DNA of 64,000 nucleotides from Octopus bimaculoides (GCF_001194135.2 NC_068981.1:172395742-172459741), one strand, 5' to 3'; numbered from the stretch's first letter, positions 40,140 through 52,200 are shown. Program-made: numbers and translations. The notes: a model not told the origin generated them from the sequence alone.

Positions 40140-41087
40140 ATATAAACCTACATTCAGGTTTCACTACAATATAAACCTACATTCCACCATACACTGACAT
40201 GCCTTGTAAAATGCATCAAGTAGGTAGAAACTCACTACGGGGCAAGCAGACAGCAGGAGAAATCTTCAGAGGAAGAACTCCCATCAAGCAAATGTTTCAG
40301 CCTATTAGTTCTTGACATTCTAAGGGACCCAAGTCCATCAAGGTGTCCTGCTGTTTTTGAAATGCCATCTTTAGTAGGGATTGAACTCAGAACATTAATT
40401 CCCTGAAGTGTGATGTATATCAAGATTACCTTCCCTTAGACACTGTCAACTCAACAATCAAGGTTTTTTTCTTTTTCTTTTTATTGTTCTGTGGAATCAG
40501 TGTTGCATCATTATTGCAATATGACTTGGATACATGAATACTTTATTTAAATCACTCTACACTTTCCAACTGTAAGTTCTATGCAGAAGCCTGATTACTG
40601 GTTATGTTTATGCTCCTGTGTCGTCATTCCTCACCTTTTCTGTGGAAAACAACAGGGTTCAACTTAATGTTGATTCTCAATACACTAATACTACTGCATT
40701 ATTTTAGTGCATTAATAAGGCTACTTAGGAAATGGTTATAACACCAACCATACTATGCAAGGCATTACTTACATACTACCAGAACATGCCCCTTTGCACC
40801 AATAACAATCAGCAGTGTCACTCTAACCCTAATATCTAATACTGGTTTCAAATTTTGGCACAAGGCCAGCAATTTTAAGAGAGAGAGGTAAGTTGAATAC
40901 ATTAATCCCAGTGTTCAACCAGTACCTATTTTATCGACCCTGAAAGGATGAAAGGCAAAGTTGACTTCAGAGGAATTTGAACTCATAATGTAAAGACAGA
41001 CAAAATGCCACTAAGCACACCAACACCAGTTGTCAAGTGGTAATAGGGGGAACAAACACAGACACAAAGATACACACACATACTCAT

Positions 41088-41293
41088 TTACTCCTTTACT
41101 TGTTTCAGTCATTTGACTGTGGCCATGCTGGAGCACCGCCTTTAGTCGAGCAAATCGACTCCAGGACTTATTCTTTGTAAGCCTAGTACTTATTGTATCA
41201 GTCTCTTTTGCCAAACCGCTAAGTTACAGGAACGTAAACACACCAGCATCGGTTATCAAGTGATGGTAGGGGGGACAAATACAGACAAACATG

Positions 41294-41339
<46 letters not shown>

Positions 41340-41662
41340 CACGACGGGCTTCTTTCAGTTTCCATCTACCAAATCTATTCACAAGGCTTTGGTCGGCCCA
41401 AGGCTATAGTAGAAGACACTTGCCCAAGGTGCCACACAGTGGCCATGTGGCTGGTAAGCAAGCTACTTACCACACAGCCACTCCAGCGCCTATAGATACA
41501 TACATATATACACAATACGTTTCTTTCCGCTTCCATCGACCAAATCCACTCACAAGGCTTTGGTTGGCCCAAGGCTATAGTAGAAGACACTTGTCCAAGG
41601 TGCCACACAATGGGACTGAACCCGAAACCATGTAGTTGGGAAACAAGCTTCTTACCACACAG
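41088..41662 (-). mobile_element. Two tandem family-A SINE copies (41088-41490 full; 41516-41662 5' part)
   Basis: Clear similarity to 24061-24453 (ttgtttcagtcatttgactg...agaagacacttgcccaaggtgccac). Confidence 0.85.
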
Positions 41663-41873
41663 AAAATATTAAAAAAAACATATTTCAGGAACAATAGTGG
41701 TTTGTTGATGTGGAATGTGGTGAATTTTTCCCGTATCGAAGTATGATAAGCTGAAAAACATATTTTATAGTTCACAGTTGGCAACCAGGGTTGCTGGGTT
41801 TGCGAATAAAAGTCCAAAAGTTAAGGAATGGAGTAGATGAAATACTCCATTCCTTAACTTTTGGATATGTATA

Positions 41874-42442
41874 TCATCATCATCATCGTCGTTTAACATC
41901 CACTTTCCATGCTGGCATGGGCTGGACGGTTTGACTGGGGACTGGTGAACCAGATGGCTGCACCAGGCTCCAATCTGAACTGGCAGAGTTTCTACAGCTG
42001 GATGCCCTTCCTAATGCTAACCACTCCGAGAGTGTAGCAGGTGCTTTTACGTGCCACCAGCACGAGGGCCAGTCAGGCGGTACTGGCAACAGCCATGCTC
42101 AAATAGTGTTTTTATGTGTCACCTGCACAGGTGCCAGTCCAGCGGCACTGGCAACGCCCTCGCTCGAATGTAGTTTTCCACATACCACCGGCACAAGTGC
42201 CAGTAAGGCGATGCTGGTAACAATCACGCTCGAATGGTGCTTTTTATGTGCCACTGACACGGGGGCCAGTCAGCAGCCCTGGCAACGATCACGCTTGGGT
42301 GGTGCTCTTAGCGATCTACTAGCACGGATGCCAGTCATGCGGTGCTGTCATCGAATTTGTTTCTGATTTCACTTGCCTCAACAGGTCTTCACAATGAAAG
42401 AAAAGTACGCCTAAGTGGGCTGGTTATACCACTGGCATAGGC
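41874..42442 (-). mobile_element. Family-B repeat ending in (ATG)n (RTE-tail-like SINE) with internal ~66-bp tandem units
   Basis: catcatcgtcgtttaacatccactttccatgctggcatgggc... is shared with 1152-1258, 5583-5725, 37168-37645, 47278-47560, 52058-52200 and 59345-59510. Confidence 0.8.
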
Positions 42443-44178
42443 CACATGTATGTATGTGTGTATGTATATGTATGTAGATATGTTGGATAAATAGAACACA
42501 AAACATGAGTCTATATAATTCTTTTTATGATGTCAGCAGAATGGGTGTATACATATATATAGTATCTTCTTTTCATTTTCATTCGATCCTTTGAGCCACT
42601 TGGCAACTTCTGCTGATTAGAAACTAAAAATAAAAATGTTAGTGTGTGTGTGTGTGTGCGTCTATAAATCAAAAATTTAAGTATTATGAATCCATTTCAG
42701 CCCGACCTTACCAATCGGTTTCGCATTGGCTGTTAAGATTACTGGATATTAGATAACAGCGCAGTTAACTGACACACGCGCGTGTGCATACATTGTCAGT
42801 GTACGTTTACAAACAGATCCAGTGGTTATTTGCATAACATCGAGCTGTTCTCAACCACAAATGCAGTTACCACGCAATTCTCAAATAAGGGGAAAGAATT
42901 TCACTACGTCAGTCAGAGTTATGTCCCTTATACCATATTTTCTTTCACGCATGTACACACGCGCATGGTGATAAATACGAACAACCAGCAAATGCTTAGA
43001 ATACATGTAAATTTTCACCCAATCCATATAGAACAAAGCAAATAAACATGTAAGAAAATGTTATCTGATCATATTATTAGACATGACTAATTTTTTTTTA
43101 ATTTTGAAGTTTGCTTAGACAATACAACATAAAGCTACGAGTAATTTAATTCTTCGCAGTCAGCTTGATCCTACAGTAGAAATAAGTAGATTCTAGTTAT
43201 CACTTCCTTCCTTTCATAACGGAAAACAACTACAATTTCTACGATATAGAGTCTAATCCAGTCATGGGCAAACAGCAGGCCGCAGGACTTTCTGAATGAC
43301 TCTCCTAACCAAAAATTACCTTGACTTAGTAGTGAGGCCCATCTAATTGATGAGTCATGTGGCCTGATTATAGATAAAAGTTGCCTTGCTAAAAATAGCA
43401 GCCAAACTCCCTCCCCGCCTCATACTACATTTCACTATCTTTAGAGAAGTAAGGACATGACAGTGAATATTTTAGTACTAGACAGCAAAACTGAAAGGAA
43501 AACAACTACAAGAGGGTCACAACGAGGCAGATTGCTTTTGGTTTTTCTCCGCTGAATACCAACGCCCCCTTGTGAGATCGCAATGCTTGCAAGGGGGCAT
43601 TATCACTCAGATAAATTAATGTTTCGATTCAAGGGAGATAATTCATTAAATATTATGAACTGTTTTGAGTATAAAAATTTCAAAATCATTTGTTTTCTTC
43701 GCACCCTTACTATGATCACCAAATTTCAACATTTTGTATTCAACTTAATACATCAGCTGCTTATATGAAATTATTAATATGTATAAATCTTATCTTAAAA
43801 GAAAGCAATGTTTATAATCGGGAAAGCAAAGAGAGAGGTTTTTATGCGCTTGTTCGACCTGCTAAAAAATAGCAGCCATAATCAAACCCTTCCCCTCAAA
43901 ATATTAAACGGACACTTTCAAATAATCTTCGCAGAAAAAGTTTAAAATAGTCTACCAAGGGCTAAACGATATATGGAGAGCCATAGTGGAATTGAAAAAC
44001 TTAATGCTTTCCCAGTGTATATCTGAAGTCAACAATACAATACTCGGCACTGTCATGGTATTAGCTGTCAGAATTGAAAGTAGAACTGACAAGGAACGTT
44101 ACTGCTGGTTTGAGTTGATTCTTTGGCTACTGACTAGCCGGAGCTATCTATCTGTCTGTCTGTCTGTCTATCTCACTA

Positions 44179-44233
<55 letters not shown>

Positions 44234-44689
44234 NNNNNNNNNNTAGCGCGGACGCGCAACCACTCTGCTTTAGTAAGTACCCTTATACTCTCTGTTTTCA
44301 AACGCATGGATATAGGTGTCAAATTTGTTCTAATAACTTTCGAGTGATAGATAGATAGATAGATAGATAGACAGAGAGAGAGAGACAGACAGACAGACAG
44401 ATAGCTCGCTCCGGCCAGTCATGGTATTAGCTGTCAGTAGCCAAAGAATCAACTCAAACCAGCAGTAACGTTCCTTGTCAGATTTTTCTACTTTCACTTC
44501 TGACAGCTAATACCATGACAGTGCCCAATACTCTAAATAAGTTATTTTGAACCTTCTGTAATCCAATGCCTCCTTTCAACGAAGGGAGTTTCAGTCAAAA
44601 CCCCCACCTCGTATCATTTCTGTACCATTTGAATATTATTACTGTTATGAATAATTTATGTTGTAACATCAACTTGGATACCTCTGCTT

Positions 44690-44885
44690 GCTTAATATTA
44701 CGTCGCTTGCCGAGTAAAATGTTTAGCGGCATTTCGTCTGTCTTTAAATTGTGAGTTCAAATTCCGTCGAAATTGATTTTGCCTTTCGTCTTTCTGACAT
44801 CGATAAAATAAGAACCAGTGGGGTCGATGTAGTCGACTTACCCCACCCTCAAAATTGTTGGTTTTGTGCCAAAATTTGAAACAAA
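44690..44885 (+). mobile_element. tRNA-derived SINE, family C (other copies 33918-34110 and 40838-41020 on minus)
   Basis: gagttcaaattcc...gattttgcctttc...gataaaataag...gtgccaaaatttgaaa. The same block occurs reversed at 40838-41020 and 33918-34110. Confidence 0.75.
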
Positions 44886-45703
44886 TGTTGGATCTTGCAG
44901 GCATGAAGTGGATTCGATCCACCATAGCCAAATTTAAATTAACAGTTCAACAGAACTTTGCTCACGGTGGAACAATGGTTTTTCTCTGACAGCAGTTTTA
45001 CATTTGCCAGATTGCTTTTAGCTCGGCCGAAATAATGTCTTCACCACTTGATCCTTATAACTTCTTCTACTTCACCAAAAGCTAGAATAGAGATATCACA
45101 GTACCACCAACGAAGCCCATTGTTCTCAACGATATGTCTATCTTTCTGGATAGTTATAAAAGCAAGAACCAGTAGTCACTTGGTGACAATTGAGTGAGTC
45201 AGCTCGTGACAACTCAATCAGTTAGGGAACGGACTGTTAGAATCATGATCACAAGCAAGGCAGATACTAATGACAATAGTCAGATAGGAAAATGAAATTT
45301 ACTGTCAGCAATTGTGAGACAACGTCCATCAACCCTACAAATTTCACTAGCTCTATATCTGTTCTCTTACAACATCATTCTATCGCTATCGGTGGCTTAT
45401 TAAGAGAACCTGTACACAAAACTATACAAAGAAAAATTCTACCACATCTAACTTTCTTTCGCGTGCTCTCAGATTTTATAACCTGCCCGACGAGGCAAGG
45501 TATTTTCAACGTAACAGTAAATAAATACTTTTTTAAAACTTCATGCATTGTTCATCTTTCACATCCTACAACATGCCGTTATAACAACAAATTTTTATCG
45601 CTACAACTGCTGACTCTGACGTTTCATATTATTGTGTACCTAATTAATTTTAAGTGTTACAATTAAATTTCAACCGATACAAAAGTAATCTTTAACCGTT
45701 ACA
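44886..45703 (+). mobile_element. Solo LTR (818 bp) with CAAA target-site duplication
   Basis: TGTTGG...GTTACA; CAAA on both flanks (44882-85, 45704-07); TATAAAA at 45155; AATAAA at 45520. It is inserted in the tail of a SINE and is homologous to 46068-46840. Confidence 0.8.
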
Positions 45704-46067
45704 CAAATATTACGTCATTTGCCACTTAGTTTTCTCGGTCCATCAATTACCATTTGCCTTTCTCGGCCCATCTTTTAACACAAAACATTATATCGTTTAT
45801 TTTCCTTAGTTATGTAATATATAGCAACACTACTGATATTTTTGATTGCTCAGTGTTTAACCTCTCATTTCCTATAATCCTTAATATATTTTAATACATT
45901 TATACACTCATTCATTTATATACGTGTACATGGGTTTATATCTCTATACTAAAGTTTTAATTAGAAAGAGACAAATTTCAAGGTCGATAATACTCCTCAT
46001 CAAAGCCAACATATATCTAAAGCCATCATAAATGTGTGAACATATAACATATAAAAGCATATATATA

Positions 46068-46840
46068 TGTAGTGGATCTTGCAGGCATGAAGTGGATTCG
46101 ATCCACCATAGCCAAATTTCAAGTTACAGTTCAACAGAACTTTTCTCACGGTGGAACAATAGTTTTTCTGTGATAGCAGTTTTACATTTGCCAGATTGCC
46201 TTAGCTAGGCCGAAATGTCTTCACCACTTGACCTTTCTAACCACTTCTATTTCACCAAAAGCTAGAATTAAGATAACAAGACCACCAACTAAATCTATTG
46301 TTCTCAACGATATATCTATCCTTCTGGATAGTTATAAAAGCAAGAACCCCCCAGCAAAAATCAGTTAGTCGGCTCGTGACAACTCAATCAGTTAGTTAAT
46401 GAATGACAATTCAAGTCAGAGGCAGCTACCATCAGTTAGGTAGCGGAATGCTAGAATCATGTTCACAAGCAAGGCAGCTACTAAAGACAATGGTCAAATG
46501 GAGAAATGAAATTTACTGTCAGCAGCTATGAGACCCAACTTCCCATACCTTCTCACTTTGTCTTCTCTGCACATTACCATATTTCTCTCTATGGTTTACT
46601 ACTACAATAAGAACACACAGGCCTAAATCAACTTTTTTTTACTTCGCACGCTCTAGGATTTTTATCACCTGCCCGTCGAGGCAAGGTATATTCGATGTAA
46701 TGGTAAATAAATATTTTCTTCCCAACGTCAATCACTGTTCTTTCATCTTTGCATAATGAAGAATCTCAAACCTTTAACAAATCAATCACAACTGTAACAA
46801 ACTCAATTTCAACCGATACAAAATAATCTTCATCATTACA
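46068..46840 (+). mobile_element. Solo LTR (773 bp), same family as 44886-45703, with TATA target-site duplication
   Basis: TGTAGTGG...ATTACA; TATA on both flanks; TATAAAA at 46333; AATAAA at 46706. It aligns end to end with the neighbouring LTR. Confidence 0.8.
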
Positions 46841-47277
46841 TATACACATTATAGCATAATTCCGTGCTCAAATCAAAGTCGGATGAAGAATTGCATAAAT
46901 ACAAATCCAAAAAGAGAAGTCCTCAAACGAATCCAATAAATACGAAAGAAACTTACGGCCGTTTCCAGGAATGTGCGAAGTGTGTAGGTAAATCCTTTTC
47001 AACTTCAGTAAGGATTTACCTACACACTTCTGCAACAACTGCAGCAGAAGAAAGAGGCCAGTAACTATCTCGCCCATGTTTGCAAGTATGAAAACATCAT
47101 TAGGATAACTAATGAACTTGAGGAGAGAGATTAAATAAAAGCTGATGCATATCTATTCCCGAGGAGCATTACTAAATTCTATTTATCTGAAAAAGAAAAT
47201 TTTAAATGCACCAGTTCATTGAGCAAGCAGTGCATGTGTACTTGGCACGAAAGACATAAGCTATAGAGGGATTAAAT

Positions 47278-47560
47278 CATTTAACCGATTAATGTCCGCC
47301 TTCCATGCTAGAATGGGTGGGACGGTACCACAAGAGCCGGCCAGCACCAGACTTCTGTGACTGCTCTGGCAGGAATTTTACAGCTGGACGCCCTTCTTAA
47401 CACCAACCACTCAGCAGAGTTTACGTGGCACAAGCACAAGCGAGGTCAGTTTTGGCAAGGTCTTTAAGTTGCATGCCCTTCCGAACACCAACCACTTTAC
47501 AGTGTGGACTGGATGCTTTTAAGTGGCACCTGCACTGACAGGATCACCAAGTACTTGCAA
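47278..47560 (-). mobile_element. Family-B repeat copy, continuing into a purine-rich RTE-like 3' region to about 48380
   Basis: ttaatgtccgccttccatgctagaatgggtgggacgg...ctggacgcccttcttaacaccaaccact. Confidence 0.7.
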
Positions 47561-50500
47561 GACATTAAAAAAAAACTTTTAAGAGGGAGGAGGTAATGAG
47601 GAAAAGGTTATAGTGTGACAGATACAGGTGTCTTGCTGTAGAGGAAGTACAAGGTTACCTGGCCAGAGAAAGAAAGATCAGGAATGAAGACAGAAACAGG
47701 AGTGCTACCGCAAATAAAATACATGGTTACCCAACCTGAGGGAAGTGCAGGAGAGGGGGAGAGAGAGTGAGAGACAGCAGGATAGAGATGGTGGCAAAAT
47801 CCCGGACATACTCACAAGGGACGGGTATCAGAATATAAATGAGATGGTTCAGTAAAGGAAGAGAGATAGATAGATGGTGACAAGTGCCATAATATAAGCA
47901 GCAGGGTATTGTGAAGGAAGTGTGATTAAAGAGTAAGTGGCAAAAGACCTGGGTACATAGAGTTGGAGGGGCTACCAGATAGCAATGATACAGAGGAACA
48001 GGATTGGGGAGTAAGAGCTAGGCATAGTGTATGAAGGAGGAAATGTGAGAAAGAGATGTAGATTGATTTGTTGTGATAGGGTAAGCGAAAAGTTTTCTTG
48101 TTACGTGTGGGTGGAACGACCAGCGGGGGCTAGCAGATAGCAATAATACAGTGAGACAGGGTGTATGGGTGGAACACAGAGGTTGGGGGCTAGCAGAGAG
48201 CAATCATATGGTGGCACAGGGCCAAGAGGACAGCATTGGGGAGAGGGAGGTAATAATGTTACATGAAGCGGAAATGTGAGGAAGAGAAGAAATGTAGAGA
48301 CATAGTTTGGTTTGTTGTGGTAGAATGTGTGAGCTGTTAAGTGTGGATAGGACACACAGTGCTTCTGTACAAATATCCAACCTGTCTCTTATAGAGAGAA
48401 AGAAAAAAATAAGGATACACATAACTGAATCTAATACACCATAAGTATAAAGAAGTCTAACAAATTAAAAATATTTATTGCATCTGAGTGCTTCTACAGC
48501 AGCTTCACCTCACCGGTTCCTTAAACAAGGTCCATAAAATTGACCACGAAAGACATTTAAAAAAACACTTAGCATGGAACACTGAGAAGTTTATGACATC
48601 CCACTTTTGAAGGCTACCTCCATGCAATTCAAGAACAGATCCCCACCACCACCACCACCAAGTAGCTGCAACATAAAAGGCAGAAGACATTGACAGAAAA
48701 CGAATGTAAGCTGTGTAAAACTAAAACTGAAGACATCAACCACATTATTGCCAACTGCGAGACTGTCTTGTAGATATCTTCTATCAGGCATGATGTGGAA
48801 CAGAATAAAAAAAAGGAAATACCAACAGACTGTTAACTATACGGAGAACAATGGGCAAAAAGAATATAGGTGGAAATTAAAATTTAACTAAAACCACCAC
48901 AACCAGTCAGATATTGTTGTTAGGGGCAAGAAAAAAAAATGCTGTTGTGAAAAGCAGGTATCCTCTAGACACCAGTGCGGTTAGAAACGTACATGAGAAA
49001 GGCACCTGTTGCCCATGGATAAGGATTTTGCAAATCCAATATCCAAGGTACACTTTTCAGTTCCATACCACTTACCTTTCTCACAACTTGGAACTGTTCC
49101 ACTTTATACCCATACTACATTCTCAATACTGTCCCTTCCACCCACATTTTACGTCGATCACTCTCCTGAGCCACCAAATATCTCATCCACCTTGATATAA
49201 CTTTCAATTTCCTCATTCACTACGCTTTCTCCACTCTCGCAACCTACCCAACCACCTATCTTTCTCTCCGTCATCCGTTCCATCTACTGTATCATTAGGA
49301 TTCTGTCGCTTTTTACCACCATTCTTTCTGCACTATTAATCCTTTCCTCCAACCCATGTGTACCATTGGTCACTTTCTGATATTCAACACCTTATTTCTA
49401 CAGTTGTCCCTATTCTTTCTTATTCAACACTTGTTCTTCGTTACATTCATCAATCACTCTTCCATATTCTTTGCAATCTCCCTCCACCTACATTCTCTGT
49501 TCTTACCATTATTTTCATCTTTCCTGATCTATTCCCAACTCTTCTAGAATGCGAGTCGGCACATAACAGCAACAAATTCTGTTAAAGTCCTTAGTCTCCC
49601 TCTTCATTGAAGCCACTTAATCTAAGGGGATCTTATGGCAACCTCATTTGTGCTGGTGTCACGAGAAAAAAAAAAAGCACACGACCTAGTTGGCTTTAGG
49701 AAAAGCATACCAAACTGGATATGACATCAATCAAACAATACTTCTTGAAGCTCTTCTTGTTAACTATTGTTTTAGCATAGTGGATGTTTTGTTTATGAGA
49801 ATAAATAGTACCACCACTTCAGTGGTATCAAGATACAAACTACCAATATCACAAATTTATCAACCTAAGACTACAGAAAATACTTTCTCAAGATGCCATA
49901 ATCTACACCCCAAAATAGCAACTTGCTTGTGCTTACCTATAATTTCGTTGTGTCCTCCTCTTCACGATGACAGTTTTAATCATCTATTCAAATATATTTT
50001 AATACATTGTCACCAATTTATACTTATTTTCCGAAAGAAAAAAAAAAAAAAAAATTTCACCCATCTTTCCAAGATGCAGAGCTGAAAGGTACTTTTTGCT
50101 CCAAGAGTATCGACTGAAGATGCAGAATGTAAACATCAACACGAAAGTATTGGTAGGCAGTAGCTATGCAATTTAGTCAGCCGTTTTATATATCTCAATG
50201 CTGTTTGTGTCCGCAAATATATTTGGAATCCAATCACATGGACATGCATGTGCATAATTTCACCTCCCAACCACATTGTTTCATGTTCAGTACTATTGCA
50301 TTCTGAGCTTGAGCTTTGCACATAGATTTGGTAGAGTAACTGAAAACTTATGTAGGTTTCCACTAACATTCAGGTAGTGCCACTTATCTCCAATTTCCAT
50401 ACCATGAAGAAATACGAGGTAAGTTGGCAACAAAAGAGTATAGTTACAAGAAAATCACCTCAGTGAATTCTGCTCGTTGCAAGTATGGAAAAGTAGACAT

Positions 50501-51387
50501 TAAAACGGTACGGACATCACAGTTACTTGGAATGAAACCCATCAAGAAGTAGTAGTTCAGAGTAGTCTGCCTCAATTGGAGAGAGAGGAGAAAAAAAGTG
50601 TTTCTGTATCAGTTTTAATGTCAACTTTTCCATCATACTTGCATGGACCAAAGTAGGAGGCAAATTTTCTATGGAGGTAGTGAGAGGGATAACGGCTGTG
50701 AAGAAAGGGATGCCTGACCACACTACTTTATATGGAAGCTATTACATTTGTAATGAAGCAGCATTGTTACAAAATTTATTGCAAAGATAAAAATGATATT
50801 TAAATTTTTATTTTCATACTGGTATAAACACCATAAAAATTCAAAAATAAAATTGCATCTTTGGCATATTGCCTATCATTCACAGTGGCAAATGTACTTT
50901 TGATTTTACTAGCCATCTGAAAACAAATTTTTATTTTTTCATTCAATGCAACCTTCTCACCTACTTCCAATTTCCATCTTTAAACTTTCAAAAACCATTC
51001 ACATATAGAGCAAATCAAAATACTTGCACATTTTGTTTAAAACCTCATTTCACTTCGCTGCTGACAGAGCAGTTTTCATAGTGCATTAAATACTGGAGTT
51101 TTAACCAAATTTAAGTTATGTCTTTTGGCCTAGTGCTTTGGCTCAATATAAAATTGCAAATTTATGCAAACAAAAAATTAATGTAATTGTCTTCCAGAAA
51201 CACTGAAAAACTCATCTCCCCAGTTATTTTTATCCATCCAGCCACAGCAAAACTTGACTAGACTACCCCCATATATAAAAATCACATCTGGGCGTCATTT
51301 GTAGGGAGAAAAATAATTATAATAAAATTTTAAATATGCACAATGACTTGCTAATAAAATACAAATAAAATATTGATGCAGTAAGTT

Positions 51388-51393
51388 TTTATT
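51388..51393 (-). terminator. RPL5: RPL5 poly(A) signal
   Basis: AATAAA on minus about 25 nt after the stop. Short 3'UTRs are typical of ribosomal protein genes. Confidence 0.8.
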
Positions 51394-51416
51394 GACCCCG
51401 GTCATAAGAAATAAAC

Positions 51417-51513
51417 TTAATCATCATCTTTCTTGAGACTTTTCATAAATTCACTCTTCTCCTTTTGAATACGAGCCTTGCGCTGTTCCAGAGTAAGTTT
51501 CTTGGCATTGTGT
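51417..51513 (-). CDS. RPL5: RPL5 exon 8 (terminal coding part)
   Basis: tttttgcAG|; HNAKKLTLEQRKARIQKEKSEFMKSLKKDDD*. Total CDS is 3+70+116+135+203+178+89+97 = 891 nt = 296 aa plus stop. Confidence 0.95.
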
Positions 51514-51595
51514 CTGCAAAAACAATTGAAATACAGTTAATCTTAAAATTTCTAATTAAAACTTAGATCAGTTACAAAAACTAAGATATTCAGAC

Positions 51596-51888
51596 TTACC
51601 AATTCATCTTTGTCATTAGACTGGCTATGCTGGGGGAATTGCCTTGAATTTTTTTAATTGAATGAATCAAACCTCTATTTTTTTTTTTGCCAAACCAGTA
51701 CATTACAGGGATTTAAAACTCACCAACACCATTTGTCAAGGAGTGGTGGACAGATACACAACAGGCTGCTTTCTGTTCCCATCTACGAAATTAACTGATA
51801 AGGCTTTGGTTGCCCTGAAGCTATAGTAGAAGACACTTGTTCAAGGCAGCATGTGGTTGGGAAGGAAGCTTCTTAGCCATGCCTGCAC
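51596..51888 (-). mobile_element. Degenerate family-A SINE in RPL5 intron 7
   Basis: tagtagaagacacttg... and ggctttggt...gaagctata motifs shared with other copies. Confidence 0.6.
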
Positions 51889-52057
51889 TATCTCAATCAA
51901 AGAATATTTTAGATTACTTGTAACAGGTTTGAGATAATGTCATCGACAGTTATAACATGATTGGAGAATCATCAGAATAAATCAAACCCAATGAATCACC
52001 ACGAATCAAAACACTTAGAAATTTCTTCTTTTGTTCTAATTCAAGTGTTCAGTTTGG

Positions 52058-52200
52058 CCATCATCGTTTAACGTCCACTTTCCATGATAGCATGGGTTGG
52101 ACAATTTGACTGAGGACTGGTGAGCCAGATGGCTACACCAGGCCCCAATCTGATTTGGCAGAGTTTCTACAGCTGGATGCCCTTCCTAATGCCAACCACT
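52058..52200 (-). mobile_element. Family-B repeat 3' part in RPL5 intron 7
   Basis: catcatcgtttaacgtccactttccatgatagcatgggttggac...gccaaccact. Confidence 0.8.

Noticed and set aside
40236-40402. Minus-strand segment bounded by AG and GTGAGT (167 nt)
   Set aside because: The pyrimidine tract is weak, the translation is not protein-like, and the + strand looks like an old LINE remnant.
38050-42335. Tandem repeats considered as a CRISPR-like array
   Set aside because: Units are contiguous without unique spacers, the context is eukaryotic, and there are no cas genes.
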